This document shows, one piece after another, positions 56,961-64,000 of a stretch of DNA of 64,000 nt (the first letter of the stretch is position 1; each line of letters starts with the position of its first letter). The notes under the pieces were generated by a model. The model did not search any database. It was not told the origin of the DNA and was given only the letters and a program-made list of their open reading frames with translations. Made by a program: the position numbers and the translations under genes. This stretch comes from a virus: IMG/VR virus record IMGVR_UViG_3300046500_000236, positions 1 to 64,000 of that record; one strand, 5' to 3'.

Positions 56961-59274
56961 GTGTCACCCCAAAAATGGAATCCAGCAAGGCGGTATTGCC
57001 CATCGCTTTCTCAAAGGCTTTTTCGTCGCGCAGCGCCTTGAACACCTGGTCAAAGGCGGCGTTGATGCGTGTGCGCTCCTCGCCCTCGGGATAGGGCTTG
57101 AACGGGGCGCCTAGCTCGGGCATGAAGTGGTATTTGTTGTCGGCCAGGCAGCTCAGGTAGTCGTTCTTGCGGCCGATATCGGACAGCCGATCCTCCAGGT
57201 AGGACTGGAAGGCGCGGGCCGCCATTTCAAAGGGTTCCGACCAGTACTTGCCGGTGACGCCGTCATCGAGCTTTTGCGACTCAAGGAAGAAATTCGAGAC
57301 ACTGGCGCCGGACTTCACCTGTACCTCTGTCGACCCCTCTGGCGAGTAGTAGGCCGCCGCAATTTCGCGCCAGACCTTCTTTTGCTTGAGGTATGGTTTG
57401 GATTGCAGGTTGCGATAGGCCTTGTCGACCGCCAGCACAGCGTCGTGGACGTTCCCGGCGTTCTTGATATCCAGCGCAACCCCGCGCAGGGTTCGCCCGT
57501 CCAGGTTGAACCTGGCCTTTTCCAGCGCCATCGGCGAAAGCTTGATGGTCTCGATCAGGCGCACGCCGCCTGTGGTCAGGGTGTCTTTGAGCCCCTTGAA
57601 GGCATCGCGGATCGGCCCCTGTGGCATCAGCTCGGGATTAGCCGTCGCAAACTCGTCGCGGGCACCCTCCTCGCCTCGCAGCAGGCTGGGCATGATGTTG
57701 TCCAGGGCATGGAGTACTTCATGCCCTAAGCTGCCGCCGCCGTTCATCTTGGTCATGTTGATGACGCGCTCGACGGGGTCATAGGTGGCCATGGCCGCAC
57801 CCTTGCCACCGGTACCGCGCGCGCCGAACGCCATCGCAAGGCGCCCGCCGAAGCTCAAGTGATCGTCATTGACGCCCAGAACGTCGGCCATGTCCTGCAT
57901 GGCGCCTGCGGTCTGCTCTACGTGCCACTTGGCGCTGACAAAGTCGCCCAGTACCCAGTTACCCGACTGCACAGCCCGAAAGCCACACAGGCGTTCCAGA
58001 TCCTTGGTCGACGCCACCGCCACCGGCCGCCCGCCTACGCGCTCGAAGTTCTCGACCACCTTGAGGGTGAAGCTGATTTTCTTCTTGCTGGCGCGCTTGG
58101 GAGCTGCCTTCTCTTTTTCGGTCCAATCCCAGGACTTAGGCTCGCCGTTACGCGCGTTGGCCACATGGCCGGCAAAACTGTCGGAGCCCTGGCTGCCCTT
58201 CTTGCGGTACAGGGTCGCCTTGATGAATCGATCGCCCAAGGAATGCCAGGCACGCGCCTCGGGCGATTGCAGGTTGCGGGCCTTGGCCAGGTCGACAATG
58301 TCCTCACGGTCGGCATAGACGGTGCTGCGCTGCTTGCGCAGGGACTCCGTTTCGTCCTTGGTGGCGGCAATCTCATCGCCCCAGGCTTTCTGAGCGTCCG
58401 CATAGACGCGCTGGGTGTCTGCCACGGCCTGATCGTGCGCAGGATCGATCGACCAGCCACGCTTGCGGCGATTCTCCAGCGCCGACTGCGCCTTGTTGAA
58501 GTCGCTGTATGCGCTTTGCATTGCCTGATACAGCGCATCGCGCGCGTCGTCGATGGCCTTGGAGCGGTCACGCAGGGATTCCAGTTGTGCGGTCAAGCCG
58601 CGGTATTGCTCTGATTCGTCGGCATCGAGCCGCGCGCCGGTCAGCGTTTCCCCGATTTCGGTGAGCGTGCTGGTCACGTCGGCAACACTGCGGGCGGTCT
58701 CCAAGCGCGTACGCAGCGTTTCCAGGCCCAAGGCATAGCTCTGGCGCGCCTCCGGGCTGTCTTCGGCTGGCATGGCGCCTATAGCGGCGTACAGGCGGTC
58801 GATCAGATAGCCCACCTCTGGTGGCATGCCGTCGGCTTGCAAGCCCTCCCAGTCCACCTGGCCGAACAAGTTTGATTTCTTGATCAGCTCACGGGCCTGG
58901 CGCGGGTTCTCCTCGATCGCCTTGAAGTCGATATCACTGGTGCGCAGCATCTGGCCGGCCGCCCGTGCCGCCTTGATGGACGCTGCCGCCTGCTCTTTGC
59001 GCGATCCGGAGATGTAGCCGGTGTCCTTGTAGCGATAGTTCTCGCTGTTCGGGTCATCGCTCAAGCCGTCGTCAGCCTCATCGAGGCGGGCCTGTTCAGG
59101 GTTGATCGACGCCGGGGCCACGCGCACGACGCCGCCCAGCTGGGTGTAGAGCTCCAGCATTTCGGTGGTCACACGGGCTTGCTGCATGGGGTTCAAGGCG
59201 CCGGATTGCAGCTGCTCGCGCAGCGCTAGCATCTGGGTGGCTAGCCGGGCTTGTTCGAGGGGGTTTAGAGCCAT
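56953..59274 (-). CDS. giant protein with zincin-like HExxH motif
   Basis: About 773 aa from the ATG at 59274, which lies just after a terminator U-tract. Contains 'GGSLGHEVLHALD'. Its N-terminal duplicated leader motif is shared with the next ORF. Confidence 0.75.
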   Translation of the reverse strand: MALNPLEQARLATQMLALREQLQSGALNPMQQARVTTEMLELYTQLGGVVRVAPASINPEQARLDEADDGLSDDPNSENYRYKDTGYISGSRKEQAAASIKAARAAGQMLRTSDIDFKAIEENPRQARELIKKSNLFGQVDWEGLQADGMPPEVGYLIDRLYAAIGAMPAEDSPEARQSYALGLETLRTRLETARSVADVTSTLTEIGETLTGARLDADESEQYRGLTAQLESLRDRSKAIDDARDALYQAMQSAYSDFNKAQSALENRRKRGWSIDPAHDQAVADTQRVYADAQKAWGDEIAATKDETESLRKQRSTVYADREDIVDLAKARNLQSPEARAWHSLGDRFIKATLYRKKGSQGSDSFAGHVANARNGEPKSWDWTEKEKAAPKRASKKKISFTLKVVENFERVGGRPVAVASTKDLERLCGFRAVQSGNWVLGDFVSAKWHVEQTAGAMQDMADVLGVNDDHLSFGGRLAMAFGARGTGGKGAAMATYDPVERVINMTKMNGGGSLGHEVLHALDNIMPSLLRGEEGARDEFATANPELMPQGPIRDAFKGLKDTLTTGGVRLIETIKLSPMALEKARFNLDGRTLRGVALDIKNAGNVHDAVLAVDKAYRNLQSKPYLKQKKVWREIAAAYYSPEGSTEVQVKSGASVSNFFLESQKLDDGVTGKYWSEPFEMAARAFQSYLEDRLSDIGRKNDYLSCLADNKYHFMPELGAPFKPYPEGEERTRINAAFDQVFKALRDEKAFEKAMGNTALLDSIFGVTHD

Positions 59275-59275
59275 G

Positions 59276-59307
59276 AAAAAAGGGGCCTGCATAGTGTGCA
59301 AGGCCCC
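59276..59307 (-). terminator. intrinsic terminator between the 59330 gene and the 782-aa ORF
   Basis: GGGGCC/GGCCCC stem. A6 on the plus strand gives U6 immediately before the 59274 ATG on the minus strand. Confidence 0.55.
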
Positions 59308-59329
59308 ATTTTGAAGCGGCGAAAATGCC

Positions 59330-59713
59330 TTACGCGGTGGCGCTTTCCGCGACCGGCGCCGGTGCGAAATCGTCGATCCGGTCGGCCAGAACGTTGGCCA
59401 ACAGGGTCATGGCGTCGTGCTGAATCTGCAGGTGCTGCTGTTTCAGGCTATCCAGACTCTGGAAACGATCGGATTCCAGGAACGCAGCGAGTTTCTGCAC
59501 ACGGTCATCGTTCTGCGCCCGCTCGGCCACAACACGGCGCTCGTGCGGTTGCAGATGGCCGGTGTGTCCCATCGCGACGTGAGTGGCTTCAAAATCCGCT
59601 TTCGGCTTCCAGGTGGTGGTGCCGTTTTCGGCCTTCACGGTGTAGCCGGCCTGGCCGTCCTGGGTGGTCTCCCATGCCAGCACCTGCTGGGTAGTTACAT
59701 ATTCCTGGGTCAT
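59330..59713 (-). CDS. hypothetical protein
   Basis: Start 'MTQEYVTTQQVLAWE' at 59713. Confidence 0.6.
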   Translation of the reverse strand: MTQEYVTTQQVLAWETTQDGQAGYTVKAENGTTTWKPKADFEATHVAMGHTGHLQPHERRVVAERAQNDDRVQKLAAFLESDRFQSLDSLKQQHLQIQHDAMTLLANVLADRIDDFAPAPVAESATA

Positions 59714-59744
59714 TGCGTCGATTCCTTGATTGGGTAAGGGTGTA

Positions 59745-60449
59745 TCAGGCTTGGGCTGGTTCAGGCTCAGCGGTTTCGGCGTGACGCACGAACACGTAAC
59801 GGCGCTTGAAGTGCTCAAGCGTCAGCAGCTCGGTGCGGTGTGCATTCACGCGCTCGATTTCCACATCCACGCCGTCGAATCCAGTGAGAAACCATTCGCG
59901 TTGCTGGTGCGGCAGGCAGAACTTCGGTGACTCGGTGAACACGTCTCCACGCCCCCAGTTCTCTGGACGGGTCATGTCGCGTTTCGTGGGTGCGAGTGGC
60001 GGCTCGGGCTCGGCGGGTGCGCTTGACCGACCCTGCTCTGTCACGGTTTCTGCGACCGAGGCGTAGGCAACGGCTCGGACCAGATCCGGTGCCGGCGCAG
60101 GCTCTGCCGCCAGCAGAATGCAACCCTGCGGCGCCGATATCGGCGAAGGCCCGGGGGCGCTCATCAGCGGCGCCAGTTGTGGGCTTGCCAGCAACTCAGC
60201 GAAGGACTGAATCGGTATCCGTTCAGCTGCTGGCAGTGCCTCGAAATACTCCTCCTGGCCACGCGGTTCGATCTCCACGCAGTCGATCCCGATCGGCTGC
60301 AGGACATCGCGCAGCTTGGTCAGCAACCCCGGGCGCTCAGCGCCACAGATCACCAGTACCTTTCGCGCCTGCGCTGCGTGCTGCTCCAGTCGGGTCAGTT
60401 CCTGTATCGCGGCCGCGGCCGCCCCGCTTCCCGTCTGCTCAACACTCAT
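59745..60449 (-). CDS. hypothetical protein
   Basis: Start 'MSVEQTGSGAAAAAIQEL' at 60449. Pro/Ala-rich middle. Confidence 0.6.
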   Translation of the reverse strand: MSVEQTGSGAAAAAIQELTRLEQHAAQARKVLVICGAERPGLLTKLRDVLQPIGIDCVEIEPRGQEEYFEALPAAERIPIQSFAELLASPQLAPLMSAPGPSPISAPQGCILLAAEPAPAPDLVRAVAYASVAETVTEQGRSSAPAEPEPPLAPTKRDMTRPENWGRGDVFTESPKFCLPHQQREWFLTGFDGVDVEIERVNAHRTELLTLEHFKRRYVFVRHAETAEPEPAQA

Positions 60450-60544
60450 TGCCCGATCCTCTATCGGTTGGTCTGAGTGGCGATTATCGAGCGCGCACGA
60501 ACCCGCCCACGGCGGCACTTTGCGCGGTTGGCGGGTGAACTTCT

Positions 60545-60687
60545 GGATAGTTTGGGATTTCCCGAGATAGCTAAAAGCTACTCTCAGCTATCTCGAAGTA
60601 GCTCGGGCTACTAATGGATCCCTTCCGATAGCTGTGCGATAGCTGTGCGATAGCTGCGGGTATCTGCACATACCACGGGCTATCCGG
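60545..60687. repeat. iteron array downstream of the par cassette
   Basis: About 11 GATAGC/GCTATC/GCTAC units. They include interleaved inverted pairs (GAGATAGCT...AGCTATCTC) and four tandem 11-bp units CGATAGCTG(T/C)G x3 plus GGTATCTGCAC at 60626-60669. Confidence 0.75.
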
Positions 60688-60694
60688 CAGGCAC

Positions 60695-60721
60695 AAAAAA
60701 ACCCGCACGGGGCGGGCTTTT
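60695..60721 (-). terminator. intrinsic terminator after the par operon
   Basis: CCCGC/GCGGG stem flanked by A7 and T4. Confidence 0.6.
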
Positions 60722-60740
60722 CAGGGAACGGGCTGGGCGG

Positions 60741-61124
60741 CTACTTCTTCTTGCGATCAGCAGCCTCGAGCGCGTCGAGCGCCTTGCTCAACAGATCGCC
60801 CATCACGCGAATATTGCGTTCCTTGGCCATCTGGTAGAACCGATCGCTCTCGGCTTGGGTAGCCTTGATGTTCAGCTGCACTCGGGGCTCAGTGCTGCCA
60901 AATCGCGGGCGTTTGGCTTTTGTCGGTGCTGCAGGGCGAGCTTCACGAGAATGGAACCCGTTCTGATCGGCCACCTGGTTGGAAACCTCCTGCATTTTCT
61001 TGGCATCAACCGCGGGCGTCTCAGGTGCCTTGGGCTTGAATTGGGCAAGATTTGCAAATGGGCTTTCCGGCTGGACCTCGGGCTTTTTAGCGCCGGTGCT
61101 GGTCTCTCGGATGGGATCTGTCAC
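60741..61124 (-). CDS. small RHH centromere-binding protein candidate (ParG/omega-like)
   Basis: 127 aa. Disordered basic N-terminus. The C-terminal 'VQLNIKATQAESDRFYQMAKERNIRVMGDLLSKALDAL' fits strand-helix-helix. Coupled to parA (ATGA). Confidence 0.65.
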   Translation of the reverse strand: MTDPIRETSTGAKKPEVQPESPFANLAQFKPKAPETPAVDAKKMQEVSNQVADQNGFHSREARPAAPTKAKRPRFGSTEPRVQLNIKATQAESDRFYQMAKERNIRVMGDLLSKALDALEAADRKKK

Positions 61125-61861
61125 GCTACGGCCTCCTGGGTGGGCACTGACTGTGGATTCATGCGCTGCTGTGCTTTCTGAGCCTCATCCTGTAATCGGA
61201 TGATCACCTCGGCAGCCAACGCTTCGGCGTTCTCGATTGCGGTATCAATGCCTGAGACCTCGACCGGGTCCAGCTGCTCCAGTGGGCAGTTGAACTTGAA
61301 GATGGCCTTGAAGGCTTCGCGCGATTTGAGCTCGACCTCAAACATGGGCACCTGGAGCTCGTTGAGGTCATGGCGTAGACCTTTGGTAATACGTGACTCA
61401 TAGGCTGACGGAGTTTCGGTCAGCAGGATCGCGTAAGGCAGCTTGTAGTGAGGCACATGGCGCTGCACAGCAAGCTCCTGATCGATCACCAACTTGATGG
61501 CCTTGCTGGCCTCGTCAGCGTCAAGGTGAGAGCCACGCATAGGGATAATCACGAAATCCGTCTGCTGTAGTGCGTTTACCACGATCTTGGCCGCGGTTCC
61601 TTCCAGGTCTACCAGGACGAACTGGAACTTAGCGGCTGCATCCCGGATAACCTGGGCGATATTGTCCTCGGTCACATTCGGGATGATCGTCAATCCTTCG
61701 GGGCATTTCAGGTTCAGCAGACGGCGCCCCAACGGTGCGTTGGGGTCAGCGTCGAGCAAGGCGACCTGAGCGCCTTTCTTAACCAACGCGTACGCGAGGT
61801 TTGCCATAGTGGTGGTCTTGCCTGCGCCGCCTTTCGGACTCACCGCGGAAAGAGTTGGCAT
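61121..61861 (-). CDS. parA: ParA partition ATPase (small, type Ib)
   Basis: Deviant Walker A 'SPKGGAGKTTT', 'LLDADP' and 'VLVDLEG'. There is no N-terminal HTH when started at ATG 61861. Confidence 0.85.
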   Translation of the reverse strand: MPTLSAVSPKGGAGKTTTMANLAYALVKKGAQVALLDADPNAPLGRRLLNLKCPEGLTIIPNVTEDNIAQVIRDAAAKFQFVLVDLEGTAAKIVVNALQQTDFVIIPMRGSHLDADEASKAIKLVIDQELAVQRHVPHYKLPYAILLTETPSAYESRITKGLRHDLNELQVPMFEVELKSREAFKAIFKFNCPLEQLDPVEVSGIDTAIENAEALAAEVIIRLQDEAQKAQQRMNPQSVPTQEAVA

Positions 61862-61925
61862 TGAATGTCCCCTTACAAATGTCTGGCTGAAAGTTGTAGA
61901 TGACCGCAAGTATCGACGTTAGCAC

Positions 61926-62131
61926 GATATCTTGAGGTATCAAAAAGTTATCCTAGGATACTTGAAGATATCTTTTTGATAGCTCTAGATAGCCTTCGCT
62001 ACCTGTGGGGTAGTTTCGGGTATTTCTCTGCTAGCTCGGGATATCTTGGCGACAGCTTGGAAGTAGCTCGGCAATATCCGTGAGCTACCTACTAGATACT
62101 TTGGGCTATCTTTTGGTAGCTGTAGATATCC
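61926..62131. repeat. iteron array (about 20 units, 9-12 bp phase) upstream of parA
   Basis: GATATCTTGAG GTATCAAAAAG TTATCCTAG GATACTTGAA GATATCTTTTT GATAGCTCTA GATAGCCTTC GCTACC... ending GATATCC. Confidence 0.8.
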
Positions 62132-62141
62132 ATAAGGCCCT

Positions 62142-62163
62142 AAAAAGCCCGCGCTTGGCGGGC
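62142..62163 (-). terminator. intrinsic terminator upstream of the par promoter region
   Basis: GCCCGC/GCGGGC stem. A5 on the plus strand. Confidence 0.6.
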
Positions 62164-62170
62164 TTCTGAG

Positions 62171-62446
62171 TCAGCGCCTTGCAACCCACCCTATCGGCTC
62201 ACTGTCCTGATCGGAAAGCACATGGAACTGCTCCAGCGCGAGCCGCGGGTTATCAAAGCAGAATCGCTTGGCAAACCCGAACTCATCCACGTCGATGACA
62301 ATGGCTACGGTAAAGAGCAGCTTGATCATAGCGACGTAGGTGCCGTCTGTGAGTTGGCGCCAGCGAAGGTACTCATTGCGCGGATCGAGCAGCATGGCCT
62401 CGACAGCAGGGCGCTGGAATGTATTGGCTTCGAATACGGCAGCCAT
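62171..62446 (-). CDS. hypothetical protein
   Basis: 91-aa ORF. Confidence 0.55.
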   Translation of the reverse strand: MAAVFEANTFQRPAVEAMLLDPRNEYLRWRQLTDGTYVAMIKLLFTVAIVIDVDEFGFAKRFCFDNPRLALEQFHVLSDQDSEPIGWVARR

Positions 62447-62447
62447 A

Positions 62448-62891
62448 TCAGGCCGCCCGCTTGATGCGACGGGAAACGCTCCCGTCCTTGTTCAGGGTCG
62501 CTTGGTAGGCCTCGGCCTGCCGGGTCAGCTCCAGCAGCTCAGGACCGTCGAACGCCATTTCTACCCGCGTATTCGCCACCAGGTAGTTGGTGATTTCACG
62601 ACCCTCTCTGCGGCTGTATCCCACCACTCGGATGCGATGACCTTCAGTCTCAAGGCTGCGGATGGGGCTGGCGACCTTCTTGTTGCCGTCGCGAAACCAC
62701 ATCATGTTGCCAAGCTTGAGGTCGGCGGCAGGTTTGGTCAGCAGGGTGATGAAGTAGCGCCGTGCAGCTTCGCCGCGCTTGGTGTTTTTCATACCGGTAT
62801 GGTTACACGCGTGACAACGGGCAGCCTTGCCTTTGTCCTTGCAGTACGCGCACGGTTTCTTCTCAAAGTCAGGGGTATACGGGTTGCTCAT
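62448..62891 (-). CDS. hypothetical zinc-finger protein
   Basis: 147 aa with 'CAYCKDKGKAARCHAC'. Confidence 0.6.
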   Translation of the reverse strand: MSNPYTPDFEKKPCAYCKDKGKAARCHACNHTGMKNTKRGEAARRYFITLLTKPAADLKLGNMMWFRDGNKKVASPIRSLETEGHRIRVVGYSRREGREITNYLVANTRVEMAFDGPELLELTRQAEAYQATLNKDGSVSRRIKRAA

Positions 62892-62937
62892 CGTTAAGTC
62901 TCTGGCTGAGGGTGTCCTTGAAGGCGCACACGCTACT

Positions 62938-62949
62938 TGTACGCGGATA
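62938..62949 (+). promoter_or_regulatory. 12-bp motif A copy
   Basis: TGTACGCGGATA, 47 bp upstream of the 62891 start. Its orientation is opposite to the other minus-operon copies. Confidence 0.55.
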
Positions 62950-62962
62950 CCTCGTCAACCTG

Positions 62963-62992
62963 TTTTCGCGCGTTCGCGCGTTCGCGCCTTTG
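62963..62992. repeat. class B GC-rich element, 29/30 identical to 31306-31335
   Basis: TTTTCGCGCGTTCGCGCGTTCGCGCCTTTG versus TTTTGGCGCGTTCGCGCGTTCGCGCCTTTG. Confidence 0.8.
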
Positions 62993-63052
62993 ACATGAAT
63001 GCGCAGTGTGCAGCCTTAGAGCGGAGGAGGGGAGTCACCAATTTGAGCCCAC

Positions 63053-63075
63053 AAAAAAGCCCGCACAGGGCGGGC
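63053..63075 (-). terminator. intrinsic terminator after the right-edge giant ORF
   Basis: GCCCGC/GCGGGC stem. A6 on the plus strand. Confidence 0.6.
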
Positions 63076-63175
63076 TTCGGTGGTGATGGCTTGAGCGGGT
63101 TGGTAAACCGGTAAAGGAGCGTAAAACCCGGCAGGCCCGAAGGCCTCCACACACAGGCCATCACGCGACGGCACG

Positions 63176-64000
63176 TTACAGCACGTCTGCGGTTACCTTC
63201 AAGGCGTAATCGCGGTAAGCATTTGAGGCATCGGCAAACAGATCCTTGAGCTCTGCCTCGCCCCACTGGACATAGATAGCCTCAAGGCGCGCCAGCACGT
63301 CGGCCGGGCTCCCCAGATCGGCTGTGCCGCTAATCAGGCTGTCGAGATACGCCTTCGCTGCTTTCAATTGATCATCCTCGTCTGGCTCCGGGGGTGTCGA
63401 TGGTTCAGGCTCGGCGATAGGGGCCGGCACTGGTGGGGCCGCGAACATATCGCCTTGGTCGATCGCAAACAAGCCCTCGCCGTATTCCTGTTCGAGCTTA
63501 CGGTTCGCAGCGCCGACGATATCGGTAAAGCTGGCCGGCTCATCACCGAACAGGCCCGCTGTCTGCTTGCGGGCGTTCTCGCTCTCCACGAACTGCGCCA
63601 TAGCCTTGAACGCGGTCCCCATGCGCTTGGCGCTGCGATTGTTCTGCTGGATGAACATCGCCATGGCCGCTACGGCCGGATCTGTGCCTCCGAACATGTC
63701 GCCCTGGCGCAGGAACTCATCCAGGCCCAGCCCAGAGTCCTTGGCCTGGCGCAGCACATTGGTGGCGCCGATGATCGCGTTCACGGCCTCCTGGTTAAGC
63801 GACAGCTCGACAGAATCGGTCACCTTGCCGCCCACGTCCTCGGCGCCGACGCGATCCAGCTCCTTGGCTCGCATGAAGTCTGGCGCAGCGCTGTTCAGGG
63901 CGGCCACGATGTTGGCAATCTCAGGCTTAGCCACGTCTGCCGTCATTTCCAGCAAGCGGTCATCCGAGTAGGCGCCAGCGAATAGAGCGGCCTGCAGGCG
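63176..64000 (-). CDS. C-terminal part of a larger protein continuing beyond the right edge
   Basis: The frame stays open upstream of the ORF-track TTG start all the way to position 64000. Ala-rich, with 'GDMF' repeats and a Pro/Glu linker. Confidence 0.65.
   Translation of the reverse strand, partial: RLQAALFAGAYSDDRLLEMTADVAKPEIANIVAALNSAAPDFMRAKELDRVGAEDVGGKVTDSVELSLNQEAVNAIIGATNVLRQAKDSGLGLDEFLRQGDMFGGTDPAVAAMAMFIQQNNRSAKRMGTAFKAMAQFVESENARKQTAGLFGDEPASFTDIVGAANRKLEQEYGEGLFAIDQGDMFAAPPVPAPIAEPEPSTPPEPDEDDQLKAAKAYLDSLISGTADLGSPADVLARLEAIYVQWGEAELKDLFADASNAYRDYALKVTADVL

Noticed and set aside
61121-61861. The ParA-like ATPase as a component of a defence system or as MinD/FlhG.
   Set aside because: It is coupled to a small RHH protein, has flanking iteron arrays and has its own terminators. 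That fits a plasmid-type partition cassette much better.

Overview
GC-rich 64-kb window with Pseudomonas-like codon usage. It is phage DNA from end to end: I saw no host housekeeping genes, rRNA, tRNA or CRISPR array. I call about 95 protein-coding genes. Nearly all lie on the minus strand in long, translationally coupled operons with many ATGA or 8-nt start/stop overlaps. The exceptions are one plus-strand block at 37.6-42.1 kb (ssb, rdgC, small ORFs, tyrosine integrase) and one isolated plus-strand gene at 24.0 kb. Modules, read right to left along the minus strand: (1) the 3' part of a large ORF that runs off the right edge; (2) a type-Ib parA plus small RHH (ParG/omega-like) partition cassette bracketed by phased iteron arrays; (3) two giant ORFs of 782 and 1070 aa, one with a zincin HExxH motif and one with an NPPF amino-methyltransferase; (4) capsid-like, acidic low-complexity, tail-sheath-like and other virion ORFs; (5) a lysis cassette with a holin candidate, SAR GH24 endolysin and lipoprotein; (6) the plus-strand int/ssb/rdgC block; (7) a Rep-like wHTH protein, a P1 Ref-like HNH nuclease and ASCH proteins; (8) many small early ORFs including higBA; (9) a UmuD'-like peptidase next to a perfect LexA box; (10) four tandem DUF2591-like paralogues; (11) a 644-aa C5 methyltransferase with seven tandem TRD-like repeats, a PAPS-reductase-like protein, an SNF2 helicase and PD-(D/E)xK proteins; (12) an XRE repressor without a cleavage domain; (13) terS, then terL with a free-standing copy of the terL nuclease domain. 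An integrase, a partition cassette and P1-like accessory functions (Ref, HumD-like, Dar-like giant MTase, SSB) occur together, which suggests a temperate phage able to live as a phage-plasmid. Three families of short DNA repeats mark operon boundaries: a 12-bp motif TGTACGCGGATA, GC-rich ACGCGCG palindromes, and phased GNTAKC iterons. All functional calls rest on motif recognition by eye. No database search was run, and start codons are best guesses.
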